Below the pieces are notes generated by a model. It ran no database searches, was not told the DNA's origin, and saw nothing but the letters and a program-made list of their open reading frames with translations. This document shows, piece by piece, positions 37,345-45,761 of a DNA stretch of 64,000 bases. A program made the translations under genes and the position numbers. The DNA is taken from positions 1,583 to 65,582 of the forward strand of contig CANIVU010000029.1 of NCBI GenBank assembly GCA_947470805.1. The letters are read 5' to 3'. How positions within the stretch are numbered: the first letter of the stretch is position 1; each line of letters starts with the position of its first letter. The DNA is from Acidobacteriota bacterium (lineage in GTDB: Bacteria; Acidobacteriota; Terriglobia; Bryobacterales; Bryobacteraceae).

Positions 37345-38370
37345 ATGGTCAACATCTGGCGACGTACCGCGCTCTCCCTCGCCATCGCCGGCGGCCTCTT
37401 CGGCCTCCGGTTTGTTCCCTGGGAAAAGCCGGTCTCCACCATCCGCCTCAGCCGCCCGCTCATGGGCACGCTATGGACCATTGAAGTGTTCGACGAGGCC
37501 CGCCCCGCCGCCGCCCGCGCGGCCATTGATCAGGCCTACGCCGAACTGAACCGCATCGATCGCTTGATGAGCGAGTGGAAGCCCGAGTCCCCTATCTCAC
37601 AGGTCAACGCCGCGGCCGGCCGCCATCCCGTCGAGGTCCCCGCCGAACTCCGGGAATTGATCGAACGCAGCATCCGCTACAGCCGCATCACCGAGGGCGC
37701 CTTTGACATTACATGGCGCGGCATGGGATCTATCTGGAAATTCGACGATACCTTCCGACCGCCCACCAAACAAGCCGTCGAAACAGCCCGCCGCAACGTG
37801 GACTACCGTGCCATTCAAATCCACGGCAACCGCGTTTTCCTTCCGAAATCCACGATGAGCATCGGCCTTGGCGGCATTGCCAAAGGCTACGCGGTGGACC
37901 GCGCCGCGGCCGTTCTCGCGCAAGCCGGCTTTACCAATACGATGATCGATGGCGGTGGCGACGTCCGCGTGTCCGGCGCCCGCAACGGCCAACCCTGGCG
38001 GCTGGGCATTCAACATCCCCGCCGCGAACACGGCCAACTGCTCGCCGCCGTCCAACCGCGCAATCAGTCGCTGGTTACCTCCGGCGATTATGAACGCTTC
38101 CGTATCGTCAACAACGTCCGGTACCACCACATTATCGACGTCCGCACCGGCTGGCCCGCCAACGCCGCCAGTTCCGTCAGCGTGCTCGCCCCCACCGCCG
38201 AACAGGGCGTCGTACTCGCCAAAGGCATCTTTATCCTGGGCCCGGAAAAGGGCCTCGCCCTCGCCCATACCGAAGGGGTGGAGGCGCTCCTCATCGATCC
38301 AGGCGGCCGCCTCTTCGCCACCTCCGGATTCCAGAAAGTTCTCGAATTCCCCCAACAGGAAGACAAATAG
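37345..38370 (+). CDS. apbE: FAD:protein FMN transferase (flavin transferase ApbE)
   Basis: ORF trimmed to ATG 37345. TM anchor followed by RPLMGTLWTIEV...AELNRIDRLMSEW.PESPISQVN and GGIAKGYAVD. Confidence 0.88.
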   Translation: MVNIWRRTALSLAIAGGLFGLRFVPWEKPVSTIRLSRPLMGTLWTIEVFDEARPAAARAAIDQAYAELNRIDRLMSEWKPESPISQVNAAAGRHPVEVPAELRELIERSIRYSRITEGAFDITWRGMGSIWKFDDTFRPPTKQAVETARRNVDYRAIQIHGNRVFLPKSTMSIGLGGIAKGYAVDRAAAVLAQAGFTNTMIDGGGDVRVSGARNGQPWRLGIQHPRREHGQLLAAVQPRNQSLVTSGDYERFRIVNNVRYHHIIDVRTGWPANAASSVSVLAPTAEQGVVLAKGIFILGPEKGLALAHTEGVEALLIDPGGRLFATSGFQKVLEFPQQEDK

Positions 38371-38372
38371 AC

Positions 38373-40271
38373 ATGTCCACATCCACCGTCGACGCCGATA
38401 TCGCCACACCCGCCAGCGCCGTCCAGATTGTCGATCAACACATCGTCGAGATCGTCAGTGATTCCGGCGAAGGCGCGCAAACCTGCGGCCAGATGTTTGC
38501 CGACCTTTGCGCGCGCAACGGCAACGGCATTTGGACCGTCGAGATCATCCCGGCCGAAATCGAACCCCCCAGCCGTTCCCGCGCCGGCGCCAGCGGCAAC
38601 CGCATCCGCCTTGGTTCCAAGCCAGTCACCAACGCCGGCGATTGCGCCGATATCGTCGTCGCGCTGAACGAACAGGTTCTCTACAGCCGGATCGACGCCG
38701 GAGCACTCCGCCCAGGCACCACCGTCTTCGTCGACAAAACATGGGCCGAAAGTCCCGACGAGGACATCCGCCGCCGCTACGCCGAAGCCATCACCGACTT
38801 CAACGCCCGGTCCTACTTTGTCGTCGAATCACCCATCGAAGCCGAGTGCCGCAAACACACCGACGACCCGAAAAAGGGCAAAAACATGTGGGTTCTCGGC
38901 TTGTTGTGCGCCATCTATGATCTGGACCGCTCCAGCGTCGGTGCCAATATCGCCAAGCGCTTCGCTAAGAAGGGCGAAGCCGTCATCAACAAAAACCTCG
39001 CTCTTTTCACCGACGGCTACGACTGGGCCCTCGCTCACGTCCGCCAGCGCTACCGGATCCCCGCGCAGAAACACACGCAGCCAATGGTTGTCATGAATGG
39101 CAATCAGGCAATCGGCCTCGGCATCATGGCGGCCGGCATCGAAGTCTGCTCCATGTATCCCATCACCCCGGCAACCTCCGCCTCCCACTTCCTGGCGCAA
39201 GCCCTCCAGGACGCCGGCGGCTTCGTCCACCAGGCCGAGGATGAGATCGCCGCCATCGGGTTCGCCATCGGCGCCTCCTACGCCGGCAAGACTGCGGTCA
39301 CGATCACCTCCGGCCCCGGCCTCGCACTCAAGACCGAGTTCCTCGGCTACGCCGGAATGGCCGAAGTCCCGTTGGTCATCGTCGTGGTTCAACGCGGCGG
39401 CCCCTCCACCGGGCTGCCCACCAAGATCGAACAGGGCGACCTGCTCGCCGCGCTCTACGCATCCCCCGGCGACAGCCCGAAGATCATCCTCGCCCCGGCC
39501 ACCATTGAAGAGTGTTTCCACTTCATGATCACCGCCCGCAAGCTCGCCGAAGACTTCCGCGGGCCAGTCATGGTGCTCTCCGATGCCAATCTCGCCACCG
39601 GCCAGCAGCCCTTCCCAAAACCCCAACTGCAAACCGATTGGCTCGCGGCTCCCATCGACCAGGCCGCCTGGGATCAAACGGTCCCGCCCTTCGCCTGGGA
39701 CGCGGAGACCGGTCTCTCCAAACGCCCCATTCCCGGCCAGCGCGGCGGCGAATACGTGTTGACAGGCCTCGCGCACGACGAGGAAAGCCACGTCGCCTAC
39801 GAATCGGCCATCAACCAAAAAACTATGGAAATGCGCAGCCGCAAACTCGCGGTGCTGCAAAGCGTGCTGCGGCCGCCCAAGGTCTACGGCGACCCCGAAG
39901 GCGACCTGCTTGTCATCGGCTGGGGCTCCACGCTTGGCTGTATTGAAGAGGCCGTCGACCAGTTGCGTGCCGAAGGCAAGCGCGTCTCCTCCATCCACCT
40001 GCGCTTCCTCTCGCCCATGGAACCGGGGCTCAAACAGATCTTCCAGAAGTTTCGCCGCGTCATGACCGTGGAGGTGAATTATAGCGACCCTGTCGGGGCA
40101 CCCTACATCACCCCCGAATCCCGGCGCTATTCGCAACTGGCGCAACTGCTGCGCTCCCAAACCCTCGTCGACATCGATTGCTGGGGGCAAGTCCCCGGCA
40201 GCCCCATCCCCCCGTCGAAGATCGCCGCCGAACTTCGCCGCCGCCTCGACGCGATCACCAAGGAGAACTAA
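38373..40271 (+). CDS. korA: 2-oxoacid (2-oxoglutarate):ferredoxin oxidoreductase alpha subunit (gamma-alpha fusion type)
   Basis: Gamma-like segment IVSDSGEGAQTCGQMF...IVVALNEQ, then alpha segment MNGNQAIGLGIMAAGIEVCSMYPITPATSASHFL. It starts 2 nt after the apbE stop. Confidence 0.9.
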   Translation: MSTSTVDADIATPASAVQIVDQHIVEIVSDSGEGAQTCGQMFADLCARNGNGIWTVEIIPAEIEPPSRSRAGASGNRIRLGSKPVTNAGDCADIVVALNEQVLYSRIDAGALRPGTTVFVDKTWAESPDEDIRRRYAEAITDFNARSYFVVESPIEAECRKHTDDPKKGKNMWVLGLLCAIYDLDRSSVGANIAKRFAKKGEAVINKNLALFTDGYDWALAHVRQRYRIPAQKHTQPMVVMNGNQAIGLGIMAAGIEVCSMYPITPATSASHFLAQALQDAGGFVHQAEDEIAAIGFAIGASYAGKTAVTITSGPGLALKTEFLGYAGMAEVPLVIVVVQRGGPSTGLPTKIEQGDLLAALYASPGDSPKIILAPATIEECFHFMITARKLAEDFRGPVMVLSDANLATGQQPFPKPQLQTDWLAAPIDQAAWDQTVPPFAWDAETGLSKRPIPGQRGGEYVLTGLAHDEESHVAYESAINQKTMEMRSRKLAVLQSVLRPPKVYGDPEGDLLVIGWGSTLGCIEEAVDQLRAEGKRVSSIHLRFLSPMEPGLKQIFQKFRRVMTVEVNYSDPVGAPYITPESRRYSQLAQLLRSQTLVDIDCWGQVPGSPIPPSKIAAELRRRLDAITKEN

Positions 40272-40273
40272 CC

Positions 40274-41227
40274 ATGCAAGGTCTACACAAAGAGTGGGAA
40301 GCCGAAGCCGCCCCCCGTACCTGCGCCATCGAAGACTACCAGGGCGCCGCGGCCCGCTGGTGCCCCGGCTGCGGGGATCATGCCGTTCTCAACGCCGTCC
40401 AGCGTTTGGCGCGTGATAAACAGCTCCCGCCGGAGAAGACCGTCTGCGTCTCCGGTATCGGCTGCTCCAGCCGCTTCCCCCACTACATGAGCACCTACGG
40501 GTTCCACGGTCTTCATGGCCGGGCGTTTCCCGTGGCCTGCGGCGTCCGCTCCCGCCGTCCGGATCTGCACATGTTCGTTGTTACCGGCGATGGCGACTGC
40601 TGCGCCATCGGCACAGCGCACTGGATCCACACCATTCGCTACAACATGGATCTCACCATCCTGCTGCTCGACAACAACATCTACGGTCTCACCAAGAACC
40701 AAACCTCACCCACCACGCGCACCGGTGAGAAATCCAACACCCACCCGCGCGGCAACGTCCTGCCACCGCTCAATCCGCTATCGGTTACTCTCGGCGTCAC
40801 CAACGCCTCCTTCGTCGCCCAAACAGTGGACTGGAACCCGCCGCATCTCTACAACACCATTCGCGCCGCCTACGAACACAAAGGCACCTCCTTCGTGCGC
40901 GTCCTGCAACGCTGCCCGCACTTCACCTCCCACATCTTCGCCGAAGCGCAGAGCGACATGAGCCAGTGCCTGCTGCTGCTCGATGACGCCGGCATTCCGC
41001 TCGACCCCGGCCTGCAGAGACTCTTCCCCAATCGCGCCGCGCACAATCCGTGCGATCTCGCCTCCGCGCGGGCCATCGCCAGCCGCGAGGATGTCTATCC
41101 CGTCGGCCTGCTCTACCGTGACGAAAACGCCGCCCGCTACGACCTCCAAACGTCGCAGGGACTCGGCAAATCGCAGGCCGAAAAAGTCGCCGCCACCGAA
41201 AAGTGGCTCAGCAAGTACGAACTGTAG
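40274..41227 (+). CDS. korB: 2-oxoacid:ferredoxin oxidoreductase beta (TPP-binding) subunit
   Basis: ORF trimmed to ATG 40274. Motifs: WCPGCGDHAVL, GIGCSSRF, and VVTGDGDCCAIG...LLLDNNIYGLTKNQ. Confidence 0.9.
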   Translation: MQGLHKEWEAEAAPRTCAIEDYQGAAARWCPGCGDHAVLNAVQRLARDKQLPPEKTVCVSGIGCSSRFPHYMSTYGFHGLHGRAFPVACGVRSRRPDLHMFVVTGDGDCCAIGTAHWIHTIRYNMDLTILLLDNNIYGLTKNQTSPTTRTGEKSNTHPRGNVLPPLNPLSVTLGVTNASFVAQTVDWNPPHLYNTIRAAYEHKGTSFVRVLQRCPHFTSHIFAEAQSDMSQCLLLLDDAGIPLDPGLQRLFPNRAAHNPCDLASARAIASREDVYPVGLLYRDENAARYDLQTSQGLGKSQAEKVAATEKWLSKYEL

Positions 41228-41235
41228 AGGATGCC

Positions 41236-42762
41236 ATGACAGCCACCATCCCCGAACAACTGCGCACCTTCCACATCACCGGCCACGGCATGGACGAATC
41301 CGTCCCGGCGCTCTCCGTCGAAGGGGTCACCAACGCCCACGCCTTGCCCAGCCTCGAAGCCACCTACCCCATTCGCCTCGCCTCCGGCCTGCTCGTCCCT
41401 TTCAACGCCGAAGCCGCGATCACCCTTCCCATCGCCGCCCTCCTCGAAACGCGAGCCCCACTTCACGCGGCCTTCATCGAGACGGTGCGCCGCACCGCGG
41501 AACGGCTGGAGGACCTGCTCGCTCTCGATACCAGCCACGCCGACGACGCTGTATCCCCGGCCACGCTCACCAACGCGCTTGGTGCCGGAGGCCAGTATCT
41601 CAACACCGCCGGCCTCACCGCCGCCCTGCGTCGCCGCACCACTTCCGTGCACCGCATGACACCGGAACGCCGCGACCGCTGCAGCCACGCGCTCCTCGCG
41701 CTCCTGCAAGCTCTCGCCGTCGTCCCGCCTCCCTTCGCACTCTTCCACACCAGCCCGGTGCCCAACCCGTTCAACGGCCAACTGCACCACTCCGCCGATC
41801 CCTGCTCGGCCGCCGTCGATCACGCCCGCAGCCAGTTGACCGCCATGCAGTCCACGCTTCGCGCCCTGCGTCTGGCGCGTCTGGAACTGGACGACGCCTA
41901 CGACCCCGCCCACCACGACGCCATCCTCGAACGCTTCCGCTGGGAAGCAGCCGACCCGGCCGAGGTCGCCGCCCAACCGCCCGTCATCGCCGTCCTTTCC
42001 GCCGACGAAGCCGCCGCCCTCCCGCTCCAATCGCTCTCGCGCGCGCTCCACTCCGGCTGCCCGATTCTCATCATCGTCACCAAGCCGGCCCTCACCGCCG
42101 CCGACATCAAATCCACCAGCCCCGATCTGGCGCAGATCGCCTTGGCGCATCGTGACGCCTACGTCCTGCAGGCATCTCTCGGGCACCCAGCACATCTACA
42201 GTCGGCTCTCGCCGCACTCACCCAATGCGTCCGCCCGGCGTTGGCGGTAATCGCCGTGCCCTCCGCCGGCGGGTGGCCCGAAGCCGTCCTGCTACCGCTC
42301 GCCAAGGCCTTCGCGCTGTTCTCCTACAATCCCGCCCGCGGCCCGGCCTGGCGCGATAGTCTCGACCTTTTCCCCATCGAACCCAACCCCTGGACCGCGG
42401 CCCACGCCGCCGCCTGCAACGCCTCTTTCCGCTACCACTTCCGAATGTTGCCCGCCGAAGCCGATGAACATGACCCCATCGAACTCGGCAAGTACCTCGA
42501 ACAGTTCCGGAACCAGCCTCCGCTGGCAGTCCCGTTTCTCGCCATTGCGGAGGATGCGAAGGTTGCGGTCTCTCGCGATCTCGCCGAGTTCTGCCACGAC
42601 CGCCTACAGGCATATCAACTTTTGGAGCAAGCGCTCCAGAAACCCCAGCCTCCCTCGGAACCCATGCCCGCTTCCAGGGAAGCCACCGAACTAGCCATGC
42701 GTCAGGGCGCCGAGATCGCCGTCGCTCGCGTGGTGGCACTACTAACCGGCACTCAATCATAA
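41236..42762 (+). CDS. Degenerate paralogue of the PFOR TPP-binding domain (probable pseudoenzyme), function unknown
   Basis: Collinear hand alignment to the C-terminal third of the 1646-aa PFOR (blocks given in the findings). The GDG...NTGGQ TPP/Mg motif is replaced by SAD...AADIK. The gene starts 8 nt after the korB stop. Confidence 0.7.
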   Translation: MTATIPEQLRTFHITGHGMDESVPALSVEGVTNAHALPSLEATYPIRLASGLLVPFNAEAAITLPIAALLETRAPLHAAFIETVRRTAERLEDLLALDTSHADDAVSPATLTNALGAGGQYLNTAGLTAALRRRTTSVHRMTPERRDRCSHALLALLQALAVVPPPFALFHTSPVPNPFNGQLHHSADPCSAAVDHARSQLTAMQSTLRALRLARLELDDAYDPAHHDAILERFRWEAADPAEVAAQPPVIAVLSADEAAALPLQSLSRALHSGCPILIIVTKPALTAADIKSTSPDLAQIALAHRDAYVLQASLGHPAHLQSALAALTQCVRPALAVIAVPSAGGWPEAVLLPLAKAFALFSYNPARGPAWRDSLDLFPIEPNPWTAAHAAACNASFRYHFRMLPAEADEHDPIELGKYLEQFRNQPPLAVPFLAIAEDAKVAVSRDLAEFCHDRLQAYQLLEQALQKPQPPSEPMPASREATELAMRQGAEIAVARVVALLTGTQS

Positions 42763-42782
42763 GGCACGGAAGGCGGAATACC

Positions 42783-43169
42783 ATGACTCAGAAGACGCAG
42801 TCCCTTTACGATCGTATCGGTGGCGAGGAAGCAGTCGCCGGCCTCGTCGACCACTTCTATGATCGTGTCCTCGACGACCCGGAACTCGAACCTTTCTTCC
42901 GCTACACGCCGATGGAGAAACTCCGCTCCATGCAGTTGGAGTTTTTCGCCGCCGCCCTCGATGGGCCGGTCAAATACACCGGCCAACCCATCGACTACAT
43001 CCATCAGGGTCGAGGTATCACCACCAAGCACTTGACCCGCTTCATGGGACACCTGCTCATGACCATCCGCGAATTCCACCCGAATGAGAAGGAAGTCGAC
43101 GAGATGATCCAGCGCATCAGCACCTATGCCGACGATGTACTCGACGGCGCCCCCGGCGACTCCGAATAG
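42783..43169 (+). CDS. glbN: Group I truncated haemoglobin
   Basis: 128 aa. SLYDRIGGEEAVAGLVDHFYDRVLDDPELEPFF...MQLEFFAAALDGPVKYTG, typical of trHbN. Confidence 0.85.
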   Translation: MTQKTQSLYDRIGGEEAVAGLVDHFYDRVLDDPELEPFFRYTPMEKLRSMQLEFFAAALDGPVKYTGQPIDYIHQGRGITTKHLTRFMGHLLMTIREFHPNEKEVDEMIQRISTYADDVLDGAPGDSE

Positions 43170-43190
43170 AAAACTGCGATAATCGCGTGC

Positions 43191-43751
43191 ATGCTCCGCC
43201 GCACGCTTCTCGCCTCGTTCGCCGCCGCCAGTGTCTTAGCGCAAAACGCGAAAAAGAAACCGCTCGACGTCCCCTACGTGCCCACGACGGAAGCGGCCGT
43301 GCGGGAGATGTTGAAGCTTGCCAAGGTACAGAAAAGTGATGTCGTCTATGACCTTGGCTGCGGTGATGGTCGCATCGTCATCACCGCGGCGAAAGAGTAC
43401 GGCACTCGCGGCGTGGGCTTCGACATCGACCCGCAGCGCATCAAAGAAGCTCGCGAGAACGCCAAAAAGGCCGGCGTCGAACACCTCGTCCGCTTCGAGG
43501 AAAAGGATCTCTTCCTGGCCGACTTCCGCGAAGCCACGGTCGTCACCATCTTCCTGCTCCCGCAAATCAATCTGCGGCTCCGCCCCAAGCTGTTGAAAGA
43601 CCTGAAACCCGGCTCCCGCGTCGTGTCCAATACCTTCGACATGGGCGATTGGAAGGCCGAAAAACAGGCCAGCCTCGCCGAGTCCGACGACGAGTACACC
43701 GGACTCAGCCAGAACTTCTTCCTCTGGGTCATTCCCCAATCCGGGAAGTAG
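43191..43751 (+). CDS. Exported class I SAM-dependent methyltransferase
   Basis: Signal MLRRTLLASFAAASVLAQ. SAM motif I VVYDLGCGDGRIV. GFDIDPQRIKEARENA. Confidence 0.8.
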   Translation: MLRRTLLASFAAASVLAQNAKKKPLDVPYVPTTEAAVREMLKLAKVQKSDVVYDLGCGDGRIVITAAKEYGTRGVGFDIDPQRIKEARENAKKAGVEHLVRFEEKDLFLADFREATVVTIFLLPQINLRLRPKLLKDLKPGSRVVSNTFDMGDWKAEKQASLAESDDEYTGLSQNFFLWVIPQSGK

Positions 43752-44879
43752 CTACCGCTTAAAGAAACTCGAAGCCGTATTCTTCCACTGGTCCACGGCC
43801 GACGCTTCCGGCGCGTCCGCCGCCGCCTGCTTCGCCCCGCACTTCGGACAGAACCGCGTCCCCGGCGGCAGCGGCGTCTCGCACTGGTGGCACGCCGAAG
43901 CCACCGCCACCGCCGTCACCGGCCGGCCACACTGCGGGCAGAACGACAGCTTCGAATTCACCAGCGTCCCGCAGGCGCACTTCAGCCGTTCCCCGCCCTC
44001 GTGCAGTCCCAGCACGTCGCGCTTGTAATCCCCGGCCAGCACGCGCCTGTATTCTTCCCCGCCCGCCCATTCGCGCAGCGTCTTCAGCCGCACCGGAATG
44101 AACGGATGTGTGTTCGTCGCGTTCTCCAGAATCGAAACCAACAGCACCAGCTTGTTCACATCCTTGTGAGCCTGTACCTGCGAAATCGCCGACTCCAGGT
44201 TCACCTCATCCTCGTACCCATCCACCGTCCCGGCCAGCTTCGATAGTGCCCGCAAACTCGGCTCCAGATCCTGCACGCAAAGCAGCGCCGCCCGGTCGCA
44301 GGTGAACTCCGCTCGCCGGTACCACTCCCAATACGCCAGCAAAAGCGGTATACGCAGCAGCCCCAAGCCCGGAATCGGCACCACCGACGCCAACAGATCC
44401 CAATAGCGAATCAGCAGGTCGCCCAACTGCCGGTACAGCCCGTGGGCGCACTTGATATGGCCGATCTCGTGGCCAATCACGAAGCACAACTCGTCCGGCG
44501 TCAGCGTCTCAATCAGTCCGCTGTGCAACACAATGCATGTCCGCCGCTGCCCCGCCGTGTAGGCGTTCAACACCGGGTTCGTCGTGATGTACAACTCCGG
44601 CACCGGGCACGACAAAATCTCCGCGCACCGCACCACCAGCGCATGCAGCGACGGAAAGCATTCGGCATTCGCCCGGATCATCTGCTCGTTATTTGTTAGA
44701 TAGGTGATCTGCTCGGTGAAGTTCTCCTGCAGCCACGTCAGCAACGGCCCCGCGCCCGGCACGGACTTCAACGCCGCCAGCGCCTCTTCGTCTCCCGGAT
44801 AGGTGAACGTCTGATGCGAAATCTCCGGAAACAGGTTCTGCGTCGGTGAATAGACCTTGGCGTCGGTGTGCTTGATCAT
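43752..44879 (-). CDS. M48-family Zn metallopeptidase with C-terminal double zinc ribbon
   Basis: HExxH at VIGHEIGHIKCAH. C-terminal CACGTLVNSKLSFCPQCG and CHQCETPLPPGTRFCPKCG. Confidence 0.85.
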   Translation of the reverse strand: MIKHTDAKVYSPTQNLFPEISHQTFTYPGDEEALAALKSVPGAGPLLTWLQENFTEQITYLTNNEQMIRANAECFPSLHALVVRCAEILSCPVPELYITTNPVLNAYTAGQRRTCIVLHSGLIETLTPDELCFVIGHEIGHIKCAHGLYRQLGDLLIRYWDLLASVVPIPGLGLLRIPLLLAYWEWYRRAEFTCDRAALLCVQDLEPSLRALSKLAGTVDGYEDEVNLESAISQVQAHKDVNKLVLLVSILENATNTHPFIPVRLKTLREWAGGEEYRRVLAGDYKRDVLGLHEGGERLKCACGTLVNSKLSFCPQCGRPVTAVAVASACHQCETPLPPGTRFCPKCGAKQAAADAPEASAVDQWKNTASSFFKR

Positions 44880-44900
44880 CCTTTCAGTTATAGCCCAACA

Positions 44901-45761
44901 CTACCCGTAGCGCTGTAGCAGATAGGAGACGTAGCCCGAGTGCTCGCCAGTGGCCGGCAGCGATGCAAATACCTCCTGGTAACGCCGCGCCACGAAGGGA
45001 ATCCCGTCCTGGGCGGCCAACGCGCTAAACCGCCGCACCTCTTCGCCATGCGCGGCCGCCTCGGAATCCCCCGGAACATCGAAGCACAAGTAGATCAGCA
45101 CAAAACGGCCGCCATACTGCCGCCGCAAACCCAGCAGATGTTGCATCAACTGCGCCGCGTGCAGATGCTTGTGCTGATCGTCCTCAGGCGAAATCGCGCC
45201 CGCCAGCGTCCGCAACGCCGGCCACCCATTCCACAACTACGTCTCCCGCAGATACGCCCCATGCAGTCCCGCCGCCGGCTTCCCCATATACAGTTCACAG
45301 AACTTGGACTCAATCGCCACCACCCCATCGCGCACACGCATCTGCACATCCAGATGCGGCGCCGTGTGGAACCGGGGGTTCACCACGTTCGTCACTTCAA
45401 AATCGATTCGCTCGATCGGCATCGGCGCCACCCCGCAGGCCGGCAGTAACGGTGCCAACGCCGCCTCCCGCTCCGCCCCGTACGCCATCGCCAGAAACCG
45501 TCGCCAGTACTGAAACACATTCACGCAGAGCGCCGCCGAAGAGTGCGTCGCGCACAACTTGCCACTTGCCAACTCCCCGCCCGCTCCGGCCAGAAACTGC
45601 GCTCGGGATTCGGCGTCCAAAGGCGCAAACAGGTTCTGCTCCAGCACTGGCAGATACCCGCTCGCCGTGCTCCCCGGTCTGCCCACTGGCGGCCCTGGCA
45701 CCAAGCCCCTCGCCTGCGCCCATCGCTCCTGTTGCTCCATAATCTGTCGCCGTAAACTCAT
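44901..45761 (-). pseudogene. PD-(D/E)XK nuclease-like gene (resembles the PGN_0703-type putative restriction endonuclease family) interrupted by one in-frame TAG
   Basis: ORFs 45237..45980 (true ATG 45761) and 44901..45236 are in the same frame and are separated only by TAG at 45239-45237. Motifs: CATHSSAALCVNVFQYW, HLDVQM...VVAIESKF (D...ExK), and AAQLMQHLLGL. Confidence 0.6.

Noticed and set aside
45237-45239. TAG read as pyrrolysine or programmed read-through
   Set aside because: There are no pyl genes and no recoding signal in the window. A plain nonsense mutation or a sequencing error is the more parsimonious explanation. It is kept as a pseudogene call.
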